A stretch of 64,000 nt of DNA from Chloroflexota bacterium (GCA_025355955.1 JANXYP010000346.1:3945-67944); one strand, 5' to 3'; shown: positions 27,046-36,350, numbered from the stretch's first letter. Translations and numbers: made by a program. Notes: generated by a model not told the origin, from the letters alone.

Positions 27046-27876
27046 GTGAAAGATACTGGCGTAAAGCTATTCCTGCGAGCGGCAATTGCCCGCGCCTACC
27101 CGCGCATCTGGGGGGCGCATCGCGAACTTAGCTGGATCTTCTTCGAGATTATCGTGCCGCTGATCAACACCTCGGCCTTCGTCTTCCTCTATCGCGCCCT
27201 CGGTGCGCCAGAGCAGTACATCGGCTTTGTCGTCCTCGGCGGGGCAATGGCGACCTACTGGCTGAACGTGCTGTGGATGATGGCCTCGCAACTATACTGG
27301 GACAAGCAGGAAGGCTTCCTCGAACTGTTCATTCTCTCGCCGGTGTCGCTGATGGCAATCCTGCTGGGCATGGGCGTGGGTGGGCTGTATATGTCCACCA
27401 TTCGCGCTGGGGCCATCGCCATCATCGGCACGCTGCTCTTCAACGTGCAATTCAATGGCGACCAGTGGGGCTTTGCCTTGCTCGTTTTCTTCGTCACCAT
27501 GTTCGCGCTGTACGGCCTGGGCATGATGCTCAGTTCGGTGTTCCTGATGTGGGGGCGCGAGGCGTGGCAGGTATCGCTGGCGCTCACCGAGCCGGTCTTC
27601 TTCCTGTCGGGGATGAACTTCCCCCTCAGCAAGCTGTTCACCACCGTGCCAGGCGTGGTCAGCCTGTTCTCCGCGCTCATTCCAGTCAGCCTGGGGCTTG
27701 ATGCGCTGCGTCAATTGCTCTTCCCTGGGCAGCTACAAGGTGTGTTCAGCCCGGCGGTCGAGCTAGGCATCGAGGCAGTGCTGGGCATCATCTTCAGCGT
27801 CGCCGCCTACCTGCTGCTCAAGCGGATGGAGCATCTGGCAAAGGTGGAAGCCCGCCTCAGCCTGCGCTGGCAGTAG
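27046..27876 (+). CDS. ABC-2 type transporter permease
   Basis: 276 aa with six hydrophobic helices, directly after the ATPase gene. GTG start. Confidence 0.8.
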   Translation: MKDTGVKLFLRAAIARAYPRIWGAHRELSWIFFEIIVPLINTSAFVFLYRALGAPEQYIGFVVLGGAMATYWLNVLWMMASQLYWDKQEGFLELFILSPVSLMAILLGMGVGGLYMSTIRAGAIAIIGTLLFNVQFNGDQWGFALLVFFVTMFALYGLGMMLSSVFLMWGREAWQVSLALTEPVFFLSGMNFPLSKLFTTVPGVVSLFSALIPVSLGLDALRQLLFPGQLQGVFSPAVELGIEAVLGIIFSVAAYLLLKRMEHLAKVEARLSLRWQ

Positions 27877-27879
27877 GGC

Positions 27880-27923
27880 GAATGGTAAGGTGAATGGTAA
27901 ATGGTGAATGGTAAATGGTAAAT
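27880..27923 (+). repeat. Heptamer array GAATGGT/AAATGGT/AAGGTGA x6 after the permease 1 stop
   Basis: It starts 4 nt after TAG 27874-27876. TAA and TGA recur on the + strand. Confidence 0.85.
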
Positions 27924-27961
27924 GTAGGGGCGGGTTGCACTCGCGCCTTCTGGGGGTAACA

Positions 27962-28900
27962 ATGATAGAAACTGCAACCAAACCGAACATTAGCGTCAGC
28001 GAACCAGGCAGCGTCTGGCGCGAGAACCTGCGTACCTTCCGCATCGCTTCGTGGCTGGGCTGGCAGGTGGAGAGCAACTGGGCGGATCCGTTCGTGTTCT
28101 TCATCTTCACCATCCTTCGCCCGATGGCCTCCGCCCTGATCGTGGTGGTGATGTACAACGTGATTGCGGGTGGCAACAAGGGCAACTACTTCTCCTACCT
28201 GTTCATCAGCAACGCCTTCTTCGTGCTGGTAACGCAGACGATGGCGGGGCTGGCCTGGACCATCTTCGATGACCGCGAAAACTACAAGATGCTGAAGTAT
28301 ATCTACACCTCGCCCGCCCGCAAGTTCGCCTACCTGATTGGTCGAGCGGTAGGCAAGGTGGGCATCGGCCTGTTCACCGTGATCATCCTGCTGCTTACCG
28401 GCATCCTCTTCCTCGGTCTCCACATTGACTGGGCGCGGGTGGAGTGGGGTTGGCTGCTGGCCTACTTCGTTACCGGGATGCTGGGGCTGGGCGGCCTGGG
28501 CATCATCCTCGCGGGGGTTGCGCTGGTGATTGCGCGGCATGGCGCAAGCATCGGCGAAGTCACTGCCGGGATGCTGCTGCTATTCTGCGGCGCACTGTTC
28601 CCACCCGACGTGTTGCCCGCTGGCCTCAAGCAAGTGTCGCTGGCGCTGCCACCCACCTACTGGCTGGAGGGGATGCGCCGTGCGGTCAACGGTGGTATCA
28701 TGACCAACATCAGCACGGTCAACGGCCAGACTGTCACCGCGCCAATCAGCCCGTTCCTCGCCCAGTTCAGCGACTGGCAACTGCTCGGCATTGTCACCGG
28801 CAGTGGCATCCTCTGCGCCATCGGCTCGTTCCTGTTCTATCGCTGGGTCGAAAACCAGGCCAAAGAGCGGGGCATGATTGACCGGCTGACGGGGTACTGA
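27962..28900 (+). CDS. ABC-2 type transporter permease (second subunit)
   Basis: About 312 aa and polytopic. I moved the start to ATG 27962 because the track start 27908 lies in a heptamer array and REP hairpin. A strong terminator follows. Confidence 0.8.
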   Translation: MIETATKPNISVSEPGSVWRENLRTFRIASWLGWQVESNWADPFVFFIFTILRPMASALIVVVMYNVIAGGNKGNYFSYLFISNAFFVLVTQTMAGLAWTIFDDRENYKMLKYIYTSPARKFAYLIGRAVGKVGIGLFTVIILLLTGILFLGLHIDWARVEWGWLLAYFVTGMLGLGGLGIILAGVALVIARHGASIGEVTAGMLLLFCGALFPPDVLPAGLKQVSLALPPTYWLEGMRRAVNGGIMTNISTVNGQTVTAPISPFLAQFSDWQLLGIVTGSGILCAIGSFLFYRWVENQAKERGMIDRLTGY

Positions 28901-28904
28901 ACGG

Positions 28905-28936
28905 GAGTGCTGAGTGCTGAGTGCTGAGTGCTAAGT
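28905..28936 (+). repeat. Heptamer array GAGTGCT x4.5 after the permease 2 stop
   Basis: TGAs at 28911, 28918 and 28925 occupy three different frames, followed by TAA at 28932 and TAG at 28936. Confidence 0.9.
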
Positions 28937-28940
28937 AGCC

Positions 28941-28975
28941 AAAAAGCCCCTAGCGATCGTTTGGGGGCTTTTTGC
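28941..28975 (+). terminator. Rho-independent terminator after the ABC-2 transporter operon
   Basis: AAAAAGCCCC, a 12-nt loop, then GGGGGCTTTTT. The stem is symmetric with A and T flanks, so it may act in both directions. Confidence 0.7.
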
Positions 28976-29105
28976 CATATGCGCGCTGCGCCTCATGAGG
29001 TTAGAGCGAACCGACGTTTTCTGGTAAAATAGCGTAGTGGATGTTTGGATAAAGGATCGCTGGAATAGAGGCGGGTGGCACTCGCCCATAAAAGGAGATT
29101 AGCAC

Positions 29106-30038
29106 ATGAAGATGGGATTGAGAGCGCCGATGTTCACCTACCCCGAAGGCGCAGGGGTGATTGGTGAGCGATTTGGCCGCATGGCGGAGGAGGCCGAGGA
29201 GGCCGGGTTCTACAGCTTCTGGGTGATGGATCACTTCTTCCAGATCGGCAACTTTGGGCCGAAGGAGCGGGAGATGCTGGAGGGCTACAGCGCGCTCACC
29301 TACGCCGCTGCGCTGACTAGCAAGGTGAAGCTCGGCACGCTGGTCACGGGGGTGACTTACCGCTACCCCGGCATCCTGGTCAAGACGGTGACGACGCTGG
29401 ATGTGCTTAGTCGCGGGCGGGCATACTTTGGGGTGGGCGCAGCCTGGAACGAGCTGGAACACAAGGCGCTGGATGTGCCGTTCCCGCCGCTGAAGCAGCG
29501 CTTCGAGATATTGGAAGATACCTTGCAGATGGCGCTACAGATGTGGAGTGGCGAGGCCAAGCCATTCGACGGCAAGCATCTGCACCTGGCCGAGACGCTC
29601 AACTCGCCCAACGCCATCCAGCGACCGCACCCGCCGATCATGATCGGCGGCGAGGGCGAGGAGAAGACGTTCCGCCTAATCGCCAAATACGCCGATGCCT
29701 GCAACATCTTCGCCTTCTCTGGCCCTGAACACGTCCAGCAGAAGTATGACGTATTGCGCCAGCGCTGTGAGGAGATTGGCCGCCCCTACACGGAGATTGA
29801 GAAGACTACCGTGCTGGCAATGCTGGTGACCAAGGATGGCCGCGTGCCAGATGGATTGGAGACCAAAGTTCCGGCGATAACCGCCGCGCAGGCGATCGAG
29901 GTATTGCACCGACTTGCCGAGATCGGCACCGATCACGCCATCGTCAATCTGCCCAACTATACCGCACCGGACGCGCTGGAGATCTGGGCCAGCGAGATTG
30001 TGCCAGCAGTGACTAAGCTGGCCGTAGCCGGCCGCTAA
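29106..30038 (+). CDS. Luciferase-like monooxygenase (LLM) class oxidoreductase, probably F420/flavin dependent
   Basis: 310 aa. N-terminal EEAGFYSFWVMDHFFQ and overall LLM-class layout. AAGGAG RBS. Confidence 0.75.
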   Translation: MKMGLRAPMFTYPEGAGVIGERFGRMAEEAEEAGFYSFWVMDHFFQIGNFGPKEREMLEGYSALTYAAALTSKVKLGTLVTGVTYRYPGILVKTVTTLDVLSRGRAYFGVGAAWNELEHKALDVPFPPLKQRFEILEDTLQMALQMWSGEAKPFDGKHLHLAETLNSPNAIQRPHPPIMIGGEGEEKTFRLIAKYADACNIFAFSGPEHVQQKYDVLRQRCEEIGRPYTEIEKTTVLAMLVTKDGRVPDGLETKVPAITAAQAIEVLHRLAEIGTDHAIVNLPNYTAPDALEIWASEIVPAVTKLAVAGR

Positions 30039-30123
30039 TAAGAAAGCGCCTGGAAAGTCGTTGCATAGTTCGTAGGGGCGAACCGTTGTTCGCCCTTCGA
30101 GATGTTCTAAGAGGAGCATATCA

Positions 30124-31098
30124 ATGAGTGAGCAATTGATGAGCAAAGCGGAAGTGCTGGACGCAATGAAGCGCGGCCACAATGATTTTGTTATGATCAT
30201 CTTCGACCTCGATGAAGCAAAGATGACCGCTGTTGGCCCCTACCCCGACAGCGATTGGACGCTTAAGGACACCCTGTCCCACCTGACTGCCTGTACGGAG
30301 AGCATGATTAGCCGCCTGCCCGGACAGCAGCCCATCCCGTTCCCGGTCGAAGCCAGGGAAGGCGAAAGTTGGGATAGCCAGATAGAGCGCATCAATGAAT
30401 ATTACTATCAGCGCGACAAGGACAAGCCCATGGTCGAGGTGGGTGCCGAGTTCGAGAAGGTCTACCGGCAGGCGGTAGAGGCGGTGGAAGCACTCAGCGA
30501 GGGGCAAGTCGCTGATCGCGCCGTGCAGGAGCTGATCGCGGGCGACAGCTACGTACACTACACCGAGCATCTTGGTTATATCGCCGATTGGCTGGCGCAG
30601 CAGGATGCTACCCCGCTCCGCAACAAGGAAGATTTGCTAGCCGCGATGCAGCAGGGTCACGATAAGCTGCTGGCCGCGCTTGCTAGCCTTAGCGAGGCAC
30701 AGATGACCACGCCTGGTCCCGACCCGCATAGCAACTGGACGGTTAAAGATACGCTAGCCCATCTTGCGGCGTGGATGGGAGCGATGGTCGAGCGGCTGCC
30801 GGGCGGTGGGGGTAAGCCATTCCCCTTTGAGGAGCAAGCAGATGAGGGCCATGACCGCTTCGTCGAGCGGGTGAACGACTACTGGTATCAGCGCGACAAA
30901 GACAAACCGCTGGCTGAGGTGCGTAGCAGGTTCGCGCAAGCCTATCGCCAAATGGCTGATGCGGTTGCAAACTTGAGCGATGCACAGGTGGCCGAACGCG
31001 CCGTCCAGTATCGCATCGAGGGTAATACCTTCGCACACTTCGAGGAGCATCTGGGCTATATTGGCGATTGGCTGAAGCAGCAGCAGGGGCAGGCATGA
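30124..31098 (+). CDS. Tandem two-domain four-helix-bundle protein, ClbS/DfsB (DUF1706)- or DinB-like
   Basis: Two internally repeated halves of about 160 aa. Each has K.E.L.AM..GH, W(T)(L/V)KDTL(S/A)HL, W....ER(I/V)N.YYYQRDKDKP and LS..QV. The pattern recalls ClbS, but the assignment is tentative. Confidence 0.5.
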   Translation: MSEQLMSKAEVLDAMKRGHNDFVMIIFDLDEAKMTAVGPYPDSDWTLKDTLSHLTACTESMISRLPGQQPIPFPVEAREGESWDSQIERINEYYYQRDKDKPMVEVGAEFEKVYRQAVEAVEALSEGQVADRAVQELIAGDSYVHYTEHLGYIADWLAQQDATPLRNKEDLLAAMQQGHDKLLAALASLSEAQMTTPGPDPHSNWTVKDTLAHLAAWMGAMVERLPGGGGKPFPFEEQADEGHDRFVERVNDYWYQRDKDKPLAEVRSRFAQAYRQMADAVANLSDAQVAERAVQYRIEGNTFAHFEEHLGYIGDWLKQQQGQA

Positions 31099-31688
31099 GC
31101 GTCACGCTACGCGATGTAGACAAGGTAAACTGGTACTGGGTCACTGAACTGCGGGTGCGTGACGAGCAGAAGAGCTTCGTGGCCGACAACTCCTTTTCGC
31201 TGGCCCAGGCAGCCTACAACCCCAGCTTCGTGCCGCTGGCCGCCTACAACGAGACTGGCGAACTGGTCGGTTTCTTTATGTACGGACATGAGGCTAGCCA
31301 TGACCGCTGGTGGATCGCCCGCCTGATGGTGGAAGCGGCGCAGCAAGGCAAGGGCTACGGACGGGCGACAATGGTCGAAGGCATCAGGATGATGCGCGAG
31401 CGCACTGCCTGCCGCGAGATTTACATCAGCTACGAACACGACAACCCGGTGGCCCGCCAGCTATATGCCAGCCTCGGCTTCGTGGAGGTCGAGGTCGAAT
31501 ACGGCGAGATGATGTACGGCATTTACTACAACGAGCAGGTGGCAGTGCTACATCTAGATGTTTCATTAACTCCTCATCACCCCATCATCTCTTTCTCATC
31601 TTTGTTTGTTATCATAGGGCTGTACGGTTCAGCAGGGCGGGCAGCAGCCCGCCCCTACGATTTACAAAGCGATGAATTACACCCCTAA
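31095..31688 (+). CDS. GNAT family N-acetyltransferase
   Basis: QQGKGYGRATM is the acetyl-CoA motif A (Q/R-x-x-G-x-G/A), and NPVARQLYASLGF is a motif B-like block. ATG 31095 overlaps the upstream stop (ATGA). The C-terminal tail reads into a REP hairpin. Confidence 0.75.
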   Translation: MSVTLRDVDKVNWYWVTELRVRDEQKSFVADNSFSLAQAAYNPSFVPLAAYNETGELVGFFMYGHEASHDRWWIARLMVEAAQQGKGYGRATMVEGIRMMRERTACREIYISYEHDNPVARQLYASLGFVEVEVEYGEMMYGIYYNEQVAVLHLDVSLTPHHPIISFSSLFVIIGLYGSAGRAAARPYDLQSDELHP

Positions 31689-31708
31689 CAAAGAATGGAG
31701 AACAGAGC

Positions 31709-32923
31709 ATGACAACCCCACACCGACAGCTGACCAGGGCGATGGCGATCGCATTGCTCGCCGTGCTGCTCACTTATGGTGGGCAGGCGTTTGCCGCACC
31801 GACCACGTTGGCAGCGCAAGCCGCAGCTAGCTGCAGCAGCGGCAGCATCACCCCCACCGTAACCGAAGGCCCATTCTATAAGGCCGGTTCACCGCAGCGC
31901 GCCTCGCTGCTTACGCCGGGCATCAGCGGCACCCCGGTCACTATCACTGGCTATGTGTACGACAAGAACTGCCAGCCCATCGCTAATGCCTGGCTGGACT
32001 TCTGGCAAGCCAGCGCCAGCGGCGTGTACGACAACGCTGGCTATACACTACGCGGCCACCAGTACACCGACGCGGCTGGTCGCTTCATGTTGCAAACCGT
32101 CGAGCCGGGCGAATACCCTGGTCGCACCGAGCATATTCACGTCAAGGTGCAAGCGCCCAGCGGCCCCATCCTTACCACTCAGCTTTTCTTCCCCGGAGTA
32201 GTTCACAATAGCAGCGACTCGATCTACGACCCCGCCCTGCTGATGAACGTACAGACCGCAGCGGACGGCAGCAAGACTGCCACCTTCAACTTCGTCCTCG
32301 ATGTCACCACCACGCCGACTGCCCAGACCACGCCGACAACGACCGCTAGCTACACCTTTCCGCAGACTGGCTTTACCGTGTCGGGGGCTTTCTGGACTGC
32401 CTGGCAGAGCGGGCGCTCATTCGCCGATAGCCTGTACATCAACGGGCTGCCCATCAGCGCGGCGCGTAATGAAGTGTCGCCTACTGATGGCAAGACTTAC
32501 CTGACCCAGTGGTTCGAGCGGGCGCGGCTCGAGTTGCACCCGCAGAACGTTGCGCCCAATAATGTGCTGCTCGGGTTGCTAGGCACGGTGGCGGCTCAGG
32601 GCAAGCAGAACCAGGCCGCCTTCCAGCAGGTGAGCAATCCCGGCGGCAGCGTCGCCTGGTTTAGCCAGACCGGACACACGGTGGGCAATAGCAGCGTGGG
32701 CGGGCAAGCCATCGCCACCGCGTGGACGCGGCTGGGCGGACTGGCGCAGTTCGGCTACCCCATCTCCCAGCCGTTCACCGAGGTGAGCAAGGATGATGGC
32801 AAAAGCTATCTGGTGCAATACTTCGAGCGCCAGCGCTTCGAGTACCACCCTGAGAACGCAGGTACATCCTACGCCGTGTTGTTGGGCCGCCTGGGAGCCG
32901 AGCAGATGACGAAAACGCCGTAA
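31709..32923 (+). CDS. Secreted intradiol-dioxygenase-like domain fused to two LGFP-like repeats
   Basis: Signal peptide. TEGPFY and GRTEHIHVKV are the hallmark blocks of the intradiol ring-cleavage dioxygenase C-terminal fold. Two W..GG....GYPIS...dGk.Y..Q.FER.R.E.HPEN repeats follow. Confidence 0.7.
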   Translation: MTTPHRQLTRAMAIALLAVLLTYGGQAFAAPTTLAAQAAASCSSGSITPTVTEGPFYKAGSPQRASLLTPGISGTPVTITGYVYDKNCQPIANAWLDFWQASASGVYDNAGYTLRGHQYTDAAGRFMLQTVEPGEYPGRTEHIHVKVQAPSGPILTTQLFFPGVVHNSSDSIYDPALLMNVQTAADGSKTATFNFVLDVTTTPTAQTTPTTTASYTFPQTGFTVSGAFWTAWQSGRSFADSLYINGLPISAARNEVSPTDGKTYLTQWFERARLELHPQNVAPNNVLLGLLGTVAAQGKQNQAAFQQVSNPGGSVAWFSQTGHTVGNSSVGGQAIATAWTRLGGLAQFGYPISQPFTEVSKDDGKSYLVQYFERQRFEYHPENAGTSYAVLLGRLGAEQMTKTP

Positions 32924-32945
32924 GCGCGGCCCAACCAGGCTAGCA

Positions 32946-32973
32946 GCAAAAAGCCCCCAGCGGGAGTTGGGGG
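32946..32973 (-). terminator. Terminator candidate for the minus-strand lipoprotein gene (33138..34382)
   Basis: On the minus strand, CCCCCAA...TTGGGGG (a 6-bp GC stem) is followed by CTTTTT. Confidence 0.45.
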
Positions 32974-33108
32974 AGAATCTCGAACCTGCTTACTGTTGAA
33001 TAAGTGCTGTTCGCTGGCGGCATGATGTCATAGGCGGTGGGCAGTATAGTTAATTCAGCATGGTAGCGCTTCGAGATCCTCCCCAAACCCCGCTGGGGGC
33101 AATCCCTA

Positions 33109-33140
33109 TTCTACCTTCTACCCGCTACCTTCAACCTTCA
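33109..33140 (-). repeat. Heptamer array (minus strand AGGTAGA/AGGTTGA) x4.5 at the stop of the 33138..34382 gene
   Basis: The minus strand reads TGAAGGTTGAAGGTAGCGGGTAGAAGGTAGAA, starting with the real stop. Confidence 0.85.
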
Positions 33141-34382
33141 TTTGCAACTCGCCAGCGGTGGGGTGGGCTGGTTAGGCTGGGTGTAGCCTGAAGGGATGCT
33201 GACCTGGATGTTGGTGGGGTGAAGGCCGTCGGCGGCGATGCTGATGCCCTCTTGCAATAGTCCGGCGTAGAAGGTCATGCTCGTCTCCGGCTTGTAGATA
33301 ACTATATCGCCCTCGACAGTAGTCTCCTCGCCGGGCTTGAGGTCGTGGCCGAGACCCCAGCGGAAGGGGTAGCGCAGCGGTGCGCCCACGCGGTCGTTGT
33401 TGTTGCGATTGTTGTTCCAGTCCACGCCCACCCGCCAGAAGCCCGCCGCGTCGGGGCAGCCAATCGAGGCATAGGTATCGTTGGTTGTATAGGTGAAGCC
33501 GCCGGGCGGCCCCTGGGTGCGTAGGGTAGTCTTGCCGGTGTTACGCACCTTGATGCGCACGTGCAACTTGCTGCCAACGATTACCTGAGTGGGGCTGAAG
33601 TCCACGCTAATGGCGGTGGCCGAGGGCGGGCTGCCACCTTCGACGCTGATCGGCAGGCTGCGCTGGAAGACGTTGCCCGCCGCATCCGCCGCCTGCACCG
33701 TCACGGTGTACGCGCCATCGGGCAGCGGCGAACCGGACGGCTGCTTGCCATTGAAGGTGAGCGCGTGTTCGCCAGTAAGCACCTTGAGTGGCGGTTGCAC
33801 GATTGTGGTAGTGCCAGTGATATCGGTGGCGGTGGCGCTGACCTTGGCCGCTTTAGCCAGGCGATAGGTGAGCTGGGCGGAGTCGTCAATCGCATCGTCG
33901 TTGGGGCTGATGGTGGTAGGGGCGGCGGCAAGGTTGTCAATCGTCGGTGGCATGGTGTCGGCGGCGACGATGCGGAACGTCTGTTGCTGGTTGGCGGTCT
34001 GGCCGCTAGCATTGACCTCGACCACAAACTGATAATCGCCGACCGGCAACACCTGGCGCACCAGCCCGTTAGTGTTGCTGACCGGCAGCGAGCCGTCGAA
34101 GGCGATCTGGTAACCGCCCGCGTCGCGGGTACGATTATCGTTGCGTAGGTAATAGCGCTGGCTAGCGGCGAGGATGTAGGCTTTGATGGTGGAGCGTTGG
34201 CCCAGGTTGTAGTCAAAAACGATGAGGTTGGGTGCGGCGCGGCTGCCAGCGGTGCCGTCGGCAGTAAGCTGGGTGATACCCGCCTCGGTAGAAATCGGTG
34301 ACAGCAGCGCGCCGCCCCAGCCGCAACCAGCCAGCAGCGTAACGGTAAAACTCAGGGTTAGGAAGATTTTGAATAGTCGCAT
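33138..34382 (-). CDS. Lipoprotein with FlgD-Ig-like/Ig-fold domains
   Basis: I call the start at ATG 34382 (MRLFKIFLTLSFTVTLLAGC, with a lipobox). TISPNDDAIDDSAQLTYRL...GEHALTFNG....G.PLPDGAYTVTVQAADAAGN follows the FlgD_ig pattern. The track N-terminus to 34538 reads through repeats. Confidence 0.65.
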   Translation of the reverse strand: MRLFKIFLTLSFTVTLLAGCGWGGALLSPISTEAGITQLTADGTAGSRAAPNLIVFDYNLGQRSTIKAYILAASQRYYLRNDNRTRDAGGYQIAFDGSLPVSNTNGLVRQVLPVGDYQFVVEVNASGQTANQQQTFRIVAADTMPPTIDNLAAAPTTISPNDDAIDDSAQLTYRLAKAAKVSATATDITGTTTIVQPPLKVLTGEHALTFNGKQPSGSPLPDGAYTVTVQAADAAGNVFQRSLPISVEGGSPPSATAISVDFSPTQVIVGSKLHVRIKVRNTGKTTLRTQGPPGGFTYTTNDTYASIGCPDAAGFWRVGVDWNNNRNNNDRVGAPLRYPFRWGLGHDLKPGEETTVEGDIVIYKPETSMTFYAGLLQEGISIAADGLHPTNIQVSIPSGYTQPNQPTPPLASCK

Positions 34383-34589
34383 AAGTAAATGGTGATGTGA
34401 ATGAAAAGTGAAGCGGGCCGAAGACCGCAAATAGTGGTGTAGGGGCGAATCGCATCCGCCCATAGGCATCAAGCTAAGAAAGTAGGGGATGAGCTTGGCG
34501 GTCTGGGGGTTCAGCCCCCAGCGGCTCAAACGCATCAATGCCCATCGTTTGCCACCCCCGTTAGCGGTCAGGCCATGCCATGGTTACAG

Positions 34590-34658
34590 CCAATTAGTGA
34601 TGGTGCCGCAATAGATTGAGGCAGGGCGAACAACGGTTCGCCCCTACAGAACTATAGC
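34590..34658. repeat. 69-bp dispersed element containing a REP hairpin (copy 1)
   Basis: CCAATTAGTGATGGTGCCGCAATAGATTGAGGCAGGGCGAACAACGGTTCGCCCCTACAGAACTATAGC. It is near-identical in layout to 62474-62542. Confidence 0.7.
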
Positions 34659-34963
34659 ATCTCCTTGGCTATAATTGGTATTACAGCCAACCTACCGCGC
34701 ATTGTCATTGCAACAGCGGGGGCTGAACCCCCCAGACCTCCATCGTGTCTTCAGCATCAAGCCTAAACCAGCATATGTGCACTGACCTGTTTCCTTAGCT
34801 TGATGCCTATGGGGCGAATCGCATACGCCTTGGTGATGCGCTTTCAACGTTGATGCCGGTCAACATCCCCCAACCCTCGCTGGGGATTAGTAGTTGAAGA
34901 AGTTGGTGTAGGGGCGAGCCGTTGTTCGCCCTAGTGAAGCCTGGCTCGGTTGGCTAGCTCCGC

Positions 34964-36073
34964 TCACGCTTTCACCCGCTCGGCGGTTGCCTCTGCTGGT
35001 TTGGCATCGGCAAGCAGGGGCGGGGCAGCGCCGCCGCTGCCGCTCTCGCCGTCGTCGATCTCACCCACTCTACCGAACTTCAGGTGGAAGAGCAGCATGA
35101 ACACCAGCCCCACCAACACACCGAACCAGAGGGTGGCAAGGCGAATCAGCAGCGTTGCAGCAATGGCAAGGCCACTGGTTATCGCAGGGCTGACGAACGG
35201 GGGGGCGACCAGCACTAGCAGCAACCCGGCGATGCCTGCATCAGCAACCCCCAACCCGCCCGGCAGTCCGCTGGCCGCGCCCGCAATGCTGGTTGCCCCC
35301 AGGATGAAGGTGGTAATGAACAGCATATTCCATGATGGGGCAAAGCCGAGACCGATCATCACCAGAAAGAAGGCGAAGCACTCGCCCGCCCAGGAGATGA
35401 AACCGAGGCTGGAGGCAATCAGCATGGCGCGCGGACTGAGCAGCAGGTTGGAGCTGACGAACAGGCTACGTAGCAGGTGCATCCGCTTGGCGACGAAGGG
35501 GAAACGCTCCAGCCAGGTAAACAGCCGCTCGGTAAGGGTACGATTACGCACCACCACGATGATGGCGATGTAGGCAAACACTACCAGTGCCAGGATCGGC
35601 CAGAAGCCGTTGGCCGCCGAGGTTGCGCCGCCAAAGAGTATGAGCAGACTGAAGCCCAGCACCGCCAGCAGAATCATGGCGATGCCGTCGCTCATTCGCT
35701 CGGCGATCACAATGGGGGACGAAGTGGTGATCGGTGTGCCATTCACCTGGCGCAGTAGATACGCCTTGAGCAACTCGCCTACCTTACCAGGGGTCATCAC
35801 CATGGTGAAGCCGCTGTAAAACACCAGCCCGCTATCAGTCTTGTTGATGGGGCGGTCGCTGACCAGGTGAACGTAGTAATCCCACTTGAAGAAGCGTAGC
35901 ACGTAGTTGAACAGGGTGAGGCCAAGGATAGCGGGAATCAACGCCCAGTTGAAGGTACTGAGCGATTGACCCAGCTTGCCCAGGTCAGTAAATAGCCCCA
36001 GCGCCGCAATCACCATCACGCCGAAGATAACCGACAGGATAATTTTGCCGCGCACCCGATCGAGGAATGACAA
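34964..36073 (-). CDS. Flippase-like / LPG-synthase-TM (UPF0104) family membrane protein
   Basis: 369 aa with about 8 TM helices and a general UPF0104 layout. TTG start. Family assignment is moderate. Confidence 0.6.
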   Translation of the reverse strand: MSFLDRVRGKIILSVIFGVMVIAALGLFTDLGKLGQSLSTFNWALIPAILGLTLFNYVLRFFKWDYYVHLVSDRPINKTDSGLVFYSGFTMVMTPGKVGELLKAYLLRQVNGTPITTSSPIVIAERMSDGIAMILLAVLGFSLLILFGGATSAANGFWPILALVVFAYIAIIVVVRNRTLTERLFTWLERFPFVAKRMHLLRSLFVSSNLLLSPRAMLIASSLGFISWAGECFAFFLVMIGLGFAPSWNMLFITTFILGATSIAGAASGLPGGLGVADAGIAGLLLVLVAPPFVSPAITSGLAIAATLLIRLATLWFGVLVGLVFMLLFHLKFGRVGEIDDGESGSGGAAPPLLADAKPAEATAERVKA

Positions 36074-36152
36074 AACTTTACCACCTTTCCAACCCTGGCC
36101 CTATATCACGCCCGCCTAGTTTACCAGATGGGCGGGCTTTCTGCAAGGTTGA

Positions 36153-36350
36153 CTCCGGTGGAGGGTTTGCGTCATGTTCTTGCAGAGCAAGCGTTCAGTA
36201 GGGGCGAACTGTTGTTCGCCCTGGTTGGGTGTGCCAGAGCGTGACGCACACCTCCGGTGGAGGGTATGCGTCATGTTCTTGCAGCGCAAGCGTTCAGTAG
36301 GGGCGAACCGTTGTTCGCCCTGGTTGGGTGTGCCAGAGCGTGACGCGCAC
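36153..36350. repeat. Two tandem 99-bp nested-palindrome (MITE-like) units
   Basis: The units at 36153-36251 and 36252-36350 differ at only a few positions. Each has GCGTCATGTTCTTGCAG...GTAGGGGCGAAC.GTTGTTCGCCCT...CCAGAGCGTGACGC. Confidence 0.85.
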
